Part shown: piece by piece, positions 28,001-37,761 of the stretch | How positions within the stretch are numbered: the first letter of the stretch is position 1 | How the letters are laid out: each line of letters begins with the position of its first letter | Source of the DNA: Pirellulales bacterium | GTDB lineage: Bacteria > Planctomycetota > Planctomycetia > Pirellulales > JAICIG01 | Reading direction: 5' to 3' | NCBI GenBank assembly: GCA_040901675.1 | Contig: JBBDYJ010000041.1 | Span: forward strand, 81,651 to 145,650 | DNA length: 64,000 bases | Made by a program: the position numbers and the translations under genes | The notes under the pieces: generated by a model | What the model saw: only the letters and a program-made list of their open reading frames with translations | What the model was told of the DNA's origin: nothing | The model's database searches: none

Positions 28001-29186
28001 TGGCATGCCGCTGGGCCCGGCGGCCGCTGGAGCCATCGGGCGATTTTTCCGCCACGGTCAGCGACAGGTCGCGGCGGCCGTCGCAATCGAAGTCGAGGTA
28101 CGCGCTTTTGATCGGGTGACTCGCCAAGGCGCGAATCGTGACCTTGGTGCCTTCTAACGCCCGCACGTCGCCCAACCGCTCGACCTTGTGGGGCGGCATC
28201 TCGGTGTATGGTGGATACTCGTATTCGACTGATTGAACCTCGATCGACGGCGCCGTGAGCACCTTGACCTGATACACCCGCGTGCGCGCGTCGCCGGCCA
28301 GGATCATATACTGCAGGTCTTCCTGCAGGCCCTCGCTTTCCGCCGGCAGTTCGACCTGGTAGCGGTAGCCCCCTTCCGGCAGGTGCATCCGCAGCTCTTT
28401 GTCCACCACCTGGTTGTCGGCAGTCGTGTACCGCAGTCTTACCGGTTCGCCGGCGGCCACGCCCAACACCCTGGCACTCACGGTCAACCGCTGGTCGTGA
28501 AAGCCCTGGGCGTTGCCCGGCTGGACGTCGCGGATCTGCACGCTGGTCGGCGCTTCGATATCCGACCAGGGCAGGATCACGCGGCTGACCGACTGCAGCA
28601 TGTCTTTGGGCGAGAAGGCCCAGTACAGCATGCCGGTCGAGACCACGATCAACAACGCCCACCCCAGCCGAATCAAGATCGACCGATCGATGGCTGAATC
28701 GATCGAGACACCCGACAGCCCCCGGGCCGCCTGCTGTTCGACCGCCTGGTAAACCACGCTCGGCACTTGTTCCGGCCGGGACCGCAGCAGCAGGAAATTG
28801 ACCAGGCTGTTCTTCAGGCTGGGCCGCCCCCGCTCGATCGCTTCGGCCGCATACACCGGGTTGATCCGGCCCACCACCAGCGGCCAAAGCCTGACCGCCG
28901 CAAACACCAGCACGCCGCCCACCAGCCCCAGGCAGGCCAGCAGGCGCCCCCAGAACCCCAGGCCACCGGTGACCAGCCAATGGTCGGCCAGCGCGGCCGC
29001 CAGCAGGTACACGACGGTGCCGGCGGCCAGCAGCATCAGCGAACCGACCAGATCGACCCCCTTCACCTGCCGGCGGGTACGGCGGATCTGTGTTTCGATG
29101 AACCGGTCGTACCCGGCGGCCGGTGCGGCGGCGGTCGGATGCTGGCTGGGAACATCCCGCGGGGCGGGGATTGTAGGGGTTGCCAT
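25050..29186 (-). CDS. Large membrane-anchored hypothetical protein with Ig-like region and long Q/G/D/E-rich low-complexity tail
   Basis: Three N-terminal hydrophobic segments, YEYPPYT..EGTKVT motif, ~700-aa low-complexity region, AP.EYAE..REY terminus; stop overlaps the nadB start. Confidence 0.75.
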   Translation of the reverse strand: MATPTIPAPRDVPSQHPTAAAPAAGYDRFIETQIRRTRRQVKGVDLVGSLMLLAAGTVVYLLAAALADHWLVTGGLGFWGRLLACLGLVGGVLVFAAVRLWPLVVGRINPVYAAEAIERGRPSLKNSLVNFLLLRSRPEQVPSVVYQAVEQQAARGLSGVSIDSAIDRSILIRLGWALLIVVSTGMLYWAFSPKDMLQSVSRVILPWSDIEAPTSVQIRDVQPGNAQGFHDQRLTVSARVLGVAAGEPVRLRYTTADNQVVDKELRMHLPEGGYRYQVELPAESEGLQEDLQYMILAGDARTRVYQVKVLTAPSIEVQSVEYEYPPYTEMPPHKVERLGDVRALEGTKVTIRALASHPIKSAYLDFDCDGRRDLSLTVAEKSPDGSSGRRAQRHASVSFTLALAPNTDQPVHDSYQLRFRNFDGHENSQPVRHSIDCIRDAAPEIALAEPQLDPKEPVDLPAGQALPLTLVASDPDFKLADVRLQARRPNSKLADKLVLDEGLLSEPRAGQFRRNFVLNPGRHGLKAGDVVQFWAAALDNKQPQANRTETPRFTLRITSPDGQQPQDQLAKAEDKNQQRDESQDRRDQRPQDGDQRPNEKQQDRGQRNDDQNDSQDEGQPDEGEQQEPGEAKSGGKQGNQKQGNQARDGNSDDQQPGEPDSQEQDAGEQPRGGRQADSGQTRSGQAADSQSADGEAGSDAESSKQETSERVDPESDPGAAIERINNLLRQQGQQDNQPAGEEPQRQQSTGDKPEQAGQPDAAEQKQESGDKQPAGDKPDAAQKTDSDQKRDGQQKDGQEQTGQQQTGQEPAGKEQARKEQAGKEQPGKEQAGKEQAGKEQRGKQGSRPMGDDSRQEKAPADDQQAGPGQEAGGASDQPQAPGSDAAQQNDQPGDRSRQAKGGKTPPATGEKMKPGEGGEESRGQGTPNAGQEKRDAAGEKAGQPSRTGDEAPKDAEGQRKTQPGEGGQSKGAGEPDEREKPEGKPQSSTPMGGDPESKDKGDGGAGSSEGNEKGSPSPQEANAQREKSQDSPDTDAHADSAEKPESPSGSKKQSDSQGGQAGDQSGGGQKGGGQRSNSPGVGSAGQNTAADQGGGEANQEGDGPTGTEGGDQAASKRRTGGKADQQAGEGSRTRPGGEKAGKGQDDAARQPGEDGDNEQPGEDGSDQRKPAEGQKPGDQAAKQQDRPGDQRGRPAQPNDQRGQAGSQRGEPGEGRGSAQDNPTQGGMPGDDTPPLPEKSQAPVPEGDEANLEYSRKATELALEHLKDQLAKEKPDQELLDELRWTRDDIEKFVERWEQLKREANEPGDEGKAARDRLDETLRSLGLRPRGTSLEGGRVRDDRGRKLRESRRSSAPAEYAEQAREYQKGTARSGSAGDQ
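26667..26753. repeat. 15-bp coding tandem repeat (KEQAG)n
   Basis: About six ctgctctttgccagc-like units. Confidence 0.8.
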
Positions 29187-29362
29187 GCTTGACGCGCCTC
29201 GTTCCAGGAACCCGTTTCAGGGACCTCACTACTGACTACATTTTATCATTATAGACGGCTCCCGGTACTCAAATAGTTCCGCAGATCCGCCGCATTAGCC
29301 CAAGCCCCCCACTCCCCACTCGCCGTTCCATAGATTAAGCTGCCAAAGTCCTTCAAAGGAGC

Positions 29363-30919
29363 ATGGGCATGAGTGTTGCAACGACCCGATCGGCCGACGT
29401 CGTACACTTGCACCCCGACGACAACGTCTGCGTCGCGGTCCGCAACCTCCAGGCAGGCGCCGCCGTAACTGTCGGCGGCGCGGCCGTCGCGCTCAGCGGG
29501 GCCGTCGGCCTGGGCCATAAGATCGCCTTGACCGGCATCCAAGAGGGGCAAGCCGTGCTGCGCTACGGCCAGCCGATCGGCTTTGCCACGTCCCCCATCG
29601 AGCCGGGCGATTGGGTTCACACCCACAACCTTTCGGCCGGCCCACTGAACCGCGAATATGAATACGCCACCGAGGTGCCGGTCGATCCCGAACCGATCCG
29701 TGGGCGGACCTTCATGGGATATCGGCGCGCCGACGGCAAGGTCGGCACGCGCAATTACCTGGCCGTCATCTCCACGGTCAACTGCTCGGCTTCGGTCAGC
29801 CGCTACGTGGCCCAGCGATTCGACCGCAAGCTGCTGGCCCAGTTTCCCCAGGTCGATGGAATCCTGCCGCTGACGCACAAGGGAGGCTGCGGCCTGCAGT
29901 ACGGAGGCGACGACCACAGGCAGCTCAACCGCGTGCTCGCCGGTTTCGCACGCCATCCCAACGTGGGCGGCTACCTGCTGATCGGCCTGGGCTGCGAGAC
30001 GGCGGCCATGCCGTACCTGGTCGACAATTCCGGGCTGGTGCAGATCAACGGCACCGCGCGCAAGCTGCCTCCGATCCTGAGCATGCAGGACTGCGGCGGC
30101 ACTCAGAAGACGCTCGACAAGGCGCTGGAGGTCTTGGACGGCATGCTGCCGGCCGTCAACGACGTCCGCCGCGTGCCGGTTCCGGCCGGCGAGCTGCTGC
30201 TGGGGCTGGAATGCGGCGGATCGGACGGCAACTCCGGCGTCACCGCCAACCCCGCCTTGGGCGTGGCCAGCGACATGCTGGTGGCGGCCGGCGGCACCTC
30301 GATCCTGGCCGAAACCCCCGAGGTCTACGGCGCGGAGCACCTGCTCATCCGCCGCGCGCGGTCCCGGGCCATCGGCGAGAAGCTGGCCGAGCGGATCCGC
30401 TGGTGGCAGCATTACACGGCCATGTTCGGCGTCGAGCTGAACAACAATCCTTCGCCGGGAAACAAGGACGGCGGCCTCACCACAATCTATGAAAAGTCGC
30501 TGGGCGCCGTGGCCAAGGGTGGCACGTCGGCGCTATCGGGCGTCTACCTGTACGGCGAGCCGATCACCAGCAAGGGCTTCGTGTTCATGGACTCGCCAGG
30601 CTTCGATCCGGCCAGCGTTACCGGCCTGGTGGCCAGCGGCGCCAACGTGGTCGCCTTTACCACGGGGCGCGGGAGCTGCTTCGGCTGCAAGCCCGTCCCG
30701 TCGATCAAGATCGCCACCAACACGCCGATGTACGAGCGGATGATCGACGACATGGATCTCGACGCCGGCACTATCCTCTCCGGAACGCCGGTGGAGGAAG
30801 TCGGCCGGCAGATTTTCGAGCTGGTTCTCGAAGTGGCCGGCGGCAAGAAAACCAAGAGCGAGCTGCACGGTGTGGGCGAAGAGGAGTTCGTCCCCTGGAG
30901 CATCGGTCCCACGCTGTAG
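29363..30919 (+). CDS. uxaA: Altronate dehydratase (UxaA family, SAF domain)
   Basis: LHPDDNV, GHKIAL, GTRNY, CGGSDGNSG, NPSPGNKDGGLTTIYEKSLG, FTTGRGS. Confidence 0.88.
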   Translation: MGMSVATTRSADVVHLHPDDNVCVAVRNLQAGAAVTVGGAAVALSGAVGLGHKIALTGIQEGQAVLRYGQPIGFATSPIEPGDWVHTHNLSAGPLNREYEYATEVPVDPEPIRGRTFMGYRRADGKVGTRNYLAVISTVNCSASVSRYVAQRFDRKLLAQFPQVDGILPLTHKGGCGLQYGGDDHRQLNRVLAGFARHPNVGGYLLIGLGCETAAMPYLVDNSGLVQINGTARKLPPILSMQDCGGTQKTLDKALEVLDGMLPAVNDVRRVPVPAGELLLGLECGGSDGNSGVTANPALGVASDMLVAAGGTSILAETPEVYGAEHLLIRRARSRAIGEKLAERIRWWQHYTAMFGVELNNNPSPGNKDGGLTTIYEKSLGAVAKGGTSALSGVYLYGEPITSKGFVFMDSPGFDPASVTGLVASGANVVAFTTGRGSCFGCKPVPSIKIATNTPMYERMIDDMDLDAGTILSGTPVEEVGRQIFELVLEVAGGKKTKSELHGVGEEEFVPWSIGPTL

Positions 30920-30953
30920 CTATTTCCGCACTTTAGCTATTTCAGCACGGTAG

Positions 30954-32147
30954 CTATTCCAGCTCGGCCAACAGCTTGCGGGCTTCGTCGGCCTCGGGGC
31001 TATCCGGCGCGGTCTCGATGATGCGCATGGCGTAGCTGCGGGACTTTTCCGGCGACGTTCTCTTCAGCGTCTGCGCGATCTTGAGATCCGAGGCCAGCTT
31101 GCGGCGGTCGGCGCTCGTCAATACCCGCTTCGGCTTCGGCTTGCTCGCGGCAGACCTGGCCGCGGCCGCCTCCGCGCGGCCGCCGTTCTTGACTCCAAAG
31201 GCATCCGCGCCACCCTCCGCTGCGTCGCTGGCATGGGCCAATTCATCCAGCCGCTCTTGGGCCAGCGTGGCGGCGGCCGTATCGGGATACTGCTTCAACA
31301 CGCCCCGGTAGGCGGCCCTGGCCAGCGACACCTGTTGCTTCGCCTCGTGGGCCTTGGCCTTGTCGATCAAGCCGGCCTGCCTGAACAGCAGCTTGCGGTC
31401 GGCATGCTTGAGGTGCCGCGAGGTCAGTTCCTTCATGGCCCGCATGACGTCGGGAAGCCTTTTGAACTGGCGGTTGATCTCGGCCAGGACCAGGGCGGCC
31501 TCGAATTCCTTTTCGGGATCCTCGAGCTCTTGATCCGCCTTGGCCATGCGGGCCCGGGCCTCGCTATCGAGCTCGCCGAGCAGCTCGTCGACCTGCCGGG
31601 CGGGCTCGGCGTGCGAGCCGCTGTCGGCATGCCGCATGAGCAGAGCCACCGTCGCGGCAAGGTCGCCCACGACCTGAGCCTGCCTGGCTTTTTCGAGGTC
31701 GTCCACGAGCTTCTTCAGCTCCGCATCGCTCCATGTCTTGCCCGCACGGGTCAAACACTCCTTGAGCAGCTCGTTCAGGGCCAGGCCTTCGAAGGCCCCG
31801 CTCTTGCCGAACAGCTTTTCGCCGTCGGCGCGGACCACGAAGACCATGGGGATGCTTTCCCCCTCGGCCTCGTAGCGCGACGACCAGGTCTGCCACTCCT
31901 CGGTGTCGGTGTTCAGGACCAGGGGCACGAACCGTGCCAGCAGCGGCCGAAGAGTGCCGTCCTTTTCCAGACGGTTCTTCAGCACCACGCACGAGGCTCA
32001 CGTCTCGTGGCCGACGACCGCCAGCACCGGGCGGCCCGTCTTTTTCGACAGCTCCATCGCCTCGTCGACCTTCGTAATCGCGGCGCCGGCCTGCGCCACG
32101 CCGAAAACCGAAAGCCAAACAACGGCGGCCATGCATCGCGGATTCAC
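30954..32147 (-). CDS. Probable selenoprotein: exported thioredoxin-fold (UxxC) protein with helical/TPR-like C-terminus, 397 aa
   Basis: ORFs 31998-32252 and 30954-31988 are in one frame, joined by TGA at 31998-32000: TGRPVLAVVGHET-U-ASC-VVLK. GGAGGA RBS before GTG at 32147; signal-peptide-like N-terminus; later FVPL..Y..SIPMVFVVRADG. Confidence 0.8.
31947..31982 (-). promoter_or_regulatory. Candidate bacterial SECIS hairpin
   Basis: Begins 15 nt after the UGA: CUGAAGA-A-CCGUC-UGGAAAAG-GACGG-CAC-UCUUCGG, with two stems and a G-containing apical loop. Confidence 0.6.
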
Positions 32148-32234
32148 GGCTGTCACTCCTCCAAAAAAAACCGCAACGGCCCACAAGCAACGGGTGCACT
32201 CATGGTATGCCACCCGGGCCGCTGGGTCAAAGCG

Positions 32235-32295
32235 GTTCGTAGTGATCCCCATTCATGGGGTCCGTCCGTTCGTAGTGATCCCCATTTATGGGGTC
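32235..32295 (+). repeat. GTAG-type REP palindromes (family C), two copies
   Basis: gttcgtagtgatccccatt(c/t)atggggtc twice; same family as 61451-61549. Confidence 0.8.
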
Positions 32296-32441
32296 TCTTC
32301 GTGTTCGTAACGATCCGCCTTCATCCCTGTCTGCCGCGCCCCAACTGCCACCCTCCATCCATTTGACCGGCGCCCGCTCGTCTGTTAGCTTGCTCGTTCG
32401 GTATCTCCTTCTTTCCTCCTTCCTCCTTCTACCTTCCCGCC

Positions 32442-33536
32442 ATGTCTCACCAGGTCACTCTCGTTACGGGCGACGGAACCGGGCCCGAGCTGGCGGCCGC
32501 CGCCCGCGGCTGCATCGACGCGACTGGTGTCGCCATCAACTGGGACGTGCAGGAGGCCGGCGTCGACGTGATGGAGCGCACCGGCACCCCCTTGCCCGAG
32601 GCGGTCATGGAGAGCGTGCGGCGCACCCGCTGCGCTCTCAAGGCCCCGATCACCACGCCGGTGGGCAAGGGCTTTCGCAGCATCAACGTGCATCTGCGGC
32701 AGGCCCTGGGACTCTTCGCCTGCATCCGCCCTTGCAAGCACTACCCCGGCGTGCGGACTTTCTTCGAGCGGCTTGACGTGGACCTGGTAATCGTCCGCGA
32801 GAACACCGAGGACCTCTACGCCGGGATCGAGTTCGAGCGCGGCAAGCCGGAAACAGCCAGGCTGGTCGAGTTCGTCAACGGCATCTCGCCCGACCGCAAG
32901 ATCAAGACCGCGCCCGACGAGACCGGCATCTCGATCAAGCCGATCAGCGTCTCCGGCACCGAGCGGATCGTCCGCTGCGCCTTCGACTACGCCCGCCGCA
33001 ACGGCCGCAACAAGGTCACCTGTGTCCACAAGGCCAACATCATGAAGCACACCGACGGCCTCTGGCTCGACGTGGCCCGGCAGGTGGCCAACGGGTACCC
33101 CGACATCGAGTTCGAGGATCGGATTGTCGACAACATGTGCATGCAACTGGTGCAGAAGCCCGAGTTGTACGACGTGCTGGTGCTGGAAAACCTCTACGGC
33201 GACATCGTCAGCGACCTGGCCGCCGGCCTGGTTGGCGGCCTGGGCGTGGCCCCCGGCGCCAACATCGGGCCGGGCGGCGCGGTGTTCGAGGCCACCCACG
33301 GCAGCGCGCCCAAGTACAAGGGGCAGAACAAGGTCAACCCCACCGCCTTGATCCTCTCCGGCATGCTGATGCTCCGCCACCTGGGCGAGACCGAGGCGGC
33401 CGACCGGCTCGAGCGCGCGGTGGCCCAGGTGATCGCCGAGGGCAAGCACGTGACCTACGACCTCAAGCCCCACCGCGACGACCCCACCGCCGTCGGCACC
33501 CGCCAAATGGCCGACGCCATCTCCGCCCGCCTGTAA
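32442..33536 (+). CDS. Isocitrate/isopropylmalate dehydrogenase family (probable NAD-dependent IDH)
   Basis: [45 protein letters not shown]. Confidence 0.9.
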   Translation: MSHQVTLVTGDGTGPELAAAARGCIDATGVAINWDVQEAGVDVMERTGTPLPEAVMESVRRTRCALKAPITTPVGKGFRSINVHLRQALGLFACIRPCKHYPGVRTFFERLDVDLVIVRENTEDLYAGIEFERGKPETARLVEFVNGISPDRKIKTAPDETGISIKPISVSGTERIVRCAFDYARRNGRNKVTCVHKANIMKHTDGLWLDVARQVANGYPDIEFEDRIVDNMCMQLVQKPELYDVLVLENLYGDIVSDLAAGLVGGLGVAPGANIGPGGAVFEATHGSAPKYKGQNKVNPTALILSGMLMLRHLGETEAADRLERAVAQVIAEGKHVTYDLKPHRDDPTAVGTRQMADAISARL

Positions 33537-33583
33537 AACGGAATTCATTCCGTTTAACCCGTAGAACGGAATTCATTCCGTTT
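33533..33583 (+). repeat. GTAG-type REP palindromes (family B), two copies
   Basis: gta(a/g)aacggaattcattccgttt twice; further copies at 46638, 49434-49598 and 50105. Confidence 0.85.
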
Positions 33584-33714
33584 CATCTTCACCGTAACGC
33601 GTGGGTGCCTGTGGCAAAGCGGACTTCGGCGAGCTCAGTCGAGTCGTAGCGTGCCACAGATCCCCTGTGCCTCTCCCCTGTCCCCTCTCCCCTCTCCCCT
33701 GTACCCTGGTCCCT

Positions 33715-34776
33715 ATGCTCAGCCCCAGCGATTTCCACGCCCTCGTCAGCGGCCAGCGTCGCGGCCCGTGGGCTGCCGGCCTGCGGACGCTTTTGCACGC
33801 GGCCGAGATCCCCTTCACGGCCGCGGTCCGCTGGCGCAACTGGCGATTCGATACCGGCCGGCTGCCGGTCGAGCGAGTCGGCGTGCCGGTGATCAGCGTC
33901 GGCAACCTCTCGATGGGCGGCACCGGCAAGACACCCATGGTCGAGTGGCTGGCCCGCTGGCTGCGTGGCCGCGGGCTGCGCGTCTGTCTGATCAGCCGCG
34001 GCTACGGCGCGGAGGCTGGCGCCCGCAACGACGAGGCCCTGGAGCTGGAGCGCCGCCTGCCGGACGTGCCGCACGTGCAGAACCCCGACCGTGTGGCTGC
34101 CGCCCGCATGGCGATCGAGGAGTTCGAGTGTCAGGCGATCGTGTTGGACGACGCCTTTCAGCATCGCCGCATCGCCCGCGACCTGGACATCGTGCTCATT
34201 GACGCCCTGGAGCCGTTCGGCTTCGGGCACGTCTTTCCACGCGGCACGCTCCGCGAGCCCCCCCGCAGCCTGGCGCGGGCCGACGTAGTCGCCCTCTCTC
34301 GTGCCGACCTGGTCGACGAGTCGGAGCGCTCGCGGATCCGCGCCCAGGTCCGCCGCTTTGCCCCGCGGGCCGACTGGCTGGAGCTGTCCCACGCGCCGCG
34401 CCGGCTCGTATCGGCCGATGGCCGCCAGCAGCCGCTGGAGAGCCTGGCCGGCCGCCCCGTGGCCGCCTTTTGCGGCATCGGCAACCCCGCCGGCTTCCGC
34501 CACACCCTCCAGCGCTGCGATTACCGCCTGGCCGATTTTCGCGAGTACCCCGATCACTACGCCTACCAGCGCGACGACGTGGAAGAACTCGCCCAGTGGG
34601 CGCAGCAGCTTCAAGTCGACGCCCTGGTCTGCACCTGCAAGGATCTGGTGAAGTTGGGCATCGACCAGTTGGGTTCAAAACCCCTTTGGGCCCTCTCCAT
34701 CGAGCTGGAGTTGCTCGCCGGCCAGCCCCAGCTCGAGGCCCGCCTGGAACAGTTGGTGGCGGGTGCGAATCGATGA
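33715..34776 (+). CDS. lpxK: Tetraacyldisaccharide 4'-kinase
   Basis: VISVGNLSMGGTGKTP, ISRGYG, LDDAFQH, PRGTLREP, CGIGNP, YPDHY. Confidence 0.92.
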   Translation: MLSPSDFHALVSGQRRGPWAAGLRTLLHAAEIPFTAAVRWRNWRFDTGRLPVERVGVPVISVGNLSMGGTGKTPMVEWLARWLRGRGLRVCLISRGYGAEAGARNDEALELERRLPDVPHVQNPDRVAAARMAIEEFECQAIVLDDAFQHRRIARDLDIVLIDALEPFGFGHVFPRGTLREPPRSLARADVVALSRADLVDESERSRIRAQVRRFAPRADWLELSHAPRRLVSADGRQQPLESLAGRPVAAFCGIGNPAGFRHTLQRCDYRLADFREYPDHYAYQRDDVEELAQWAQQLQVDALVCTCKDLVKLGIDQLGSKPLWALSIELELLAGQPQLEARLEQLVAGANR

Positions 34777-34871
34777 CAGTTCCCGTGCCACTGCTTGGAG
34801 TCCGCCTTTGGCGGACCGTGGCGTCGGCGCTTAAGCAGCACCCTGCCCCAAAAACCAAACACGGTTAGTTG

Positions 34872-35858
34872 TCAGGCCGCCGCCGCGGCCTGCTGGCGGC
34901 CGACCACGTTGCGCCACAGAGTCGGAATGGTGCGGCAATGGTCACCGCAAAAGTAATAGCTCCGCCCGCCGTCGGCCACCGTCCGCACCAGGATCGTCTT
35001 CCAGGGACGATAGTAATAATGCGGATGGCTCTTGGCCGGGGTGGCGTCGCGGTAGTCGGCCGGCAGCTCGACCAGGTCGAACACGGCGGTCGTGAAGTGC
35101 TTGATCGACTGTCCGCTCTGCCGGGCCACGTTGCGGGCCATCGAGAGCGCTTTCAGATAGACCTCCGGACCGGTCACGGCACTGCCCACGTTGAGGAACA
35201 CGCCCCCCTCCAGCTCCTGCACGGCCCGCGCGAAGATCAAAAAATCCGTGTAGCTGGCGGCGCCCAAGGCCGAGCCGCTGCAGTTGGCATGAGCGTGGGT
35301 GATGTCGCTGCCGATGCTCAAGTGCGCCGTCACCGGCACGCCGGCACGCCAGCCGGCCGCGGCCAGGCTCAACTCGCGGCACGGGAACCCCTCCTCCTCG
35401 ATCACGCGCCCCACGGCTTCGCCGAACCCCTCGCCGCGCGCGGCCGCCTCGACGGCAATATCGTTGAGCCGGCCGGTCTCGTGCCAAAGACCAAACTGGC
35501 CGCGGCGGATCCACTTGGGCACGTCTTCGCTGGTCCCTCCCGCCAAAGCCAGCTCAAAGTCATGAATCAGCACCGCCCCGTTTCCGGCCAGGTGCGTGAT
35601 CACGCCCCGGCCGATCAGATCGACCAGGTACCGCGACAGCCCCAGCTTGATCGGATGCCCGCCCATCATCAGGATCACCGGCCGCCCGGCGGAGCGAGCA
35701 GCGACGATCGCATCCACCAGTACAGTGAACTCCGGGTGCAGGTACGGTTCGAACGCTGCGTCCAGCCCCCGGCACGCGGCGGCCGAGAGGTCGTGCCCGC
35801 GAGCGGCCAGATCGGCCAGGATCAGTCGACCGCGATCAAACAGCGGGTAGCGCGACAT
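34872..35858 (-). CDS. Deoxyhypusine-synthase-like (DHS-fold) protein
   Basis: GGHPIKLGL, NGAVLIHDFELA, TSEDV, GSAVTGPEVYLKALS. Confidence 0.65.
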   Translation of the reverse strand: MSRYPLFDRGRLILADLAARGHDLSAAACRGLDAAFEPYLHPEFTVLVDAIVAARSAGRPVILMMGGHPIKLGLSRYLVDLIGRGVITHLAGNGAVLIHDFELALAGGTSEDVPKWIRRGQFGLWHETGRLNDIAVEAAARGEGFGEAVGRVIEEEGFPCRELSLAAAGWRAGVPVTAHLSIGSDITHAHANCSGSALGAASYTDFLIFARAVQELEGGVFLNVGSAVTGPEVYLKALSMARNVARQSGQSIKHFTTAVFDLVELPADYRDATPAKSHPHYYYRPWKTILVRTVADGGRSYYFCGDHCRTIPTLWRNVVGRQQAAAAA

Positions 35859-36159
35859 TCTTGAAGGCCAGAAAGCAAGAAGACAGAAGCAAAAAGCTCG
35901 AACCGCCGCGGCAGAATGAAAAAGGATCCGGCCGCTTCCACAAGGCGCAACATACGGCGGCAGCTCGTGTGCGACCAAGAGCAGCTTGGAGGCAGAGAGC
36001 GTTCATCCAGCCACTCGACGAAATTGGTGGAGCGGGGCGATTTGGGCGATCTGGGGTCGCCGTCCGCAAAACTGCTGTTGGTCGGTTCGCGGCCCGCGCG
36101 TATGTTGCCGACCGGCACGGTCACTGTCCACTGTCCCCGTATTTCCACCCGCCACCCGC

Positions 36160-37761
36160 ATGACCTCCAGCGATCTGTTGACCACGCTCGAAGGCTTGGG
36201 CCATCCCCGCGTCCTGGTTCTCGGCGACCTGATCCTCGACCGCTATACCTGGGGCAATGCCGAACGCGTCAGCCAGGAAGCACCTGTGATCCTGCTCAGG
36301 GCCGATCGGCGGGAGGCGCGCTTGGGCGGTGCAGCCAACGTGTGCCACATGCTCCGCGGGTTGGAAGCCGTGGTGACCTGCGCCGGAGTGGTGGGCGCCG
36401 ATGCCGATGGCGAGCTGGTCCGCAGGATGTTGGCCAACGTGGGAGTCGAGGCCGCCTGGCTGGCCACCGACCCCAGCCGGCCGACCACCGTCAAAGAGCG
36501 GTTCATCGGCCGGGCCCAGGGCCGGCACCCGCACCAGATGCTGCGGGTCGACAGCGAAGTGCGCGACCCGCTCGACGAGCGCCTCGAATCGCGGCTGGCC
36601 GACAGCCTGCTGGGCAGGCTGGCCGAATTCGACGTGGTGCTCATCTCGGATTACGACAAGGGGGTCTGCACGCCGCGGCTGTTGCGGGCGGTGATCGACG
36701 CCGCCCGCAAGGCCGACGTCCCGGTGCTGGTCGATCCGACCCGCTCAGCCGACTACTTGCGTTACCGCGGCGCGACCAGCATGACGCCCAACCGGCTGGA
36801 GGCCGAGCTGGCCACCGGTTTCAAGATCGACACGCCGGACGATGCCTTCCGCGCCGGCCGCAAGCTGATCGGCGACCTGGGACTCGACCTGGGCATCGTC
36901 ACCTTGGACCGCGACGGCATGGCCCTGGTGCACCCCGACGGACGCGGCAATATCTTTCCCACGCGCCCGCGGGCGGTGTACGACATCACCGGCGCGGGCG
37001 ACATGGCCCTGGCCATGATCGGAGTTTGCCTTGCCGCCGGAGTCCCCGCGGGGCAGGCCTTGCGGCTGGCCAACGTGGCCGCCGGCCTCGAAGTGGAAAA
37101 AGTGGGCGTGGCCGTCATTCCCCGCGACGAGATCCGCAGCCGGCTGCTGGAAGAGCAAGCCTCCAACCAGTGCACCGCCGCGGGTGATCCCCGCAGGGTC
37201 TCGCCGCCGCGGACCGCCGCGGCGCCGCGGCAGAAGATCGTATCGCTCGACGAACTCGTGCAGGCGGCGGCGGACCACCACGCGGCCGGACGGAAGCTCG
37301 TGTTCACCAACGGCTGCTTCGACCTGTTGCACCTCGGACACGTCACTTACCTGGCCGAAGCCAAGGCCTTGGGCGACCTGCTGATCGTGGCGGTGAACTC
37401 CGATGCCAGCGTGCGGCGGCTCAAGGGGATGACGCGGCCCGTGATCCGCCAACGCGATCGGGCGGCCATGCTGGCTGCCTTGGCCGCGGTGGATTATGTG
37501 CTGGTGTTCCACGAAGACACGCCCGAACAGATCTTGAAGCAATTGCGGCCCGACGTCCTGGTGAAGGGGGGCACCTACGCGCCCTCCGAAGTGGTGGGGC
37601 ACGAGATCGTCACGGGCTACGGCGGGCAGGTGGCCGTGATGGGACTCGTCCAGGGGATTTCGACGACCAACATTCTGGCCTCGCTGGCCGGACAACATGT
37701 ACTGAAGGGTCCGCATTTCGCAGCCGACCCGGTGGCACGGACCGGCGGAGCCGCGCAGTGA
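36160..37761 (+). CDS. hldE: Bifunctional heptose 7-phosphate kinase / heptose 1-phosphate adenylyltransferase
   Basis: GDLILDRY, RVSQEAPV, GGAANV, DITGAGD, FTNGCFDLLHLGH, NSDASVRRLKG. Confidence 0.93.
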   Translation: MTSSDLLTTLEGLGHPRVLVLGDLILDRYTWGNAERVSQEAPVILLRADRREARLGGAANVCHMLRGLEAVVTCAGVVGADADGELVRRMLANVGVEAAWLATDPSRPTTVKERFIGRAQGRHPHQMLRVDSEVRDPLDERLESRLADSLLGRLAEFDVVLISDYDKGVCTPRLLRAVIDAARKADVPVLVDPTRSADYLRYRGATSMTPNRLEAELATGFKIDTPDDAFRAGRKLIGDLGLDLGIVTLDRDGMALVHPDGRGNIFPTRPRAVYDITGAGDMALAMIGVCLAAGVPAGQALRLANVAAGLEVEKVGVAVIPRDEIRSRLLEEQASNQCTAAGDPRRVSPPRTAAAPRQKIVSLDELVQAAADHHAAGRKLVFTNGCFDLLHLGHVTYLAEAKALGDLLIVAVNSDASVRRLKGMTRPVIRQRDRAAMLAALAAVDYVLVFHEDTPEQILKQLRPDVLVKGGTYAPSEVVGHEIVTGYGGQVAVMGLVQGISTTNILASLAGQHVLKGPHFAADPVARTGGAAQ

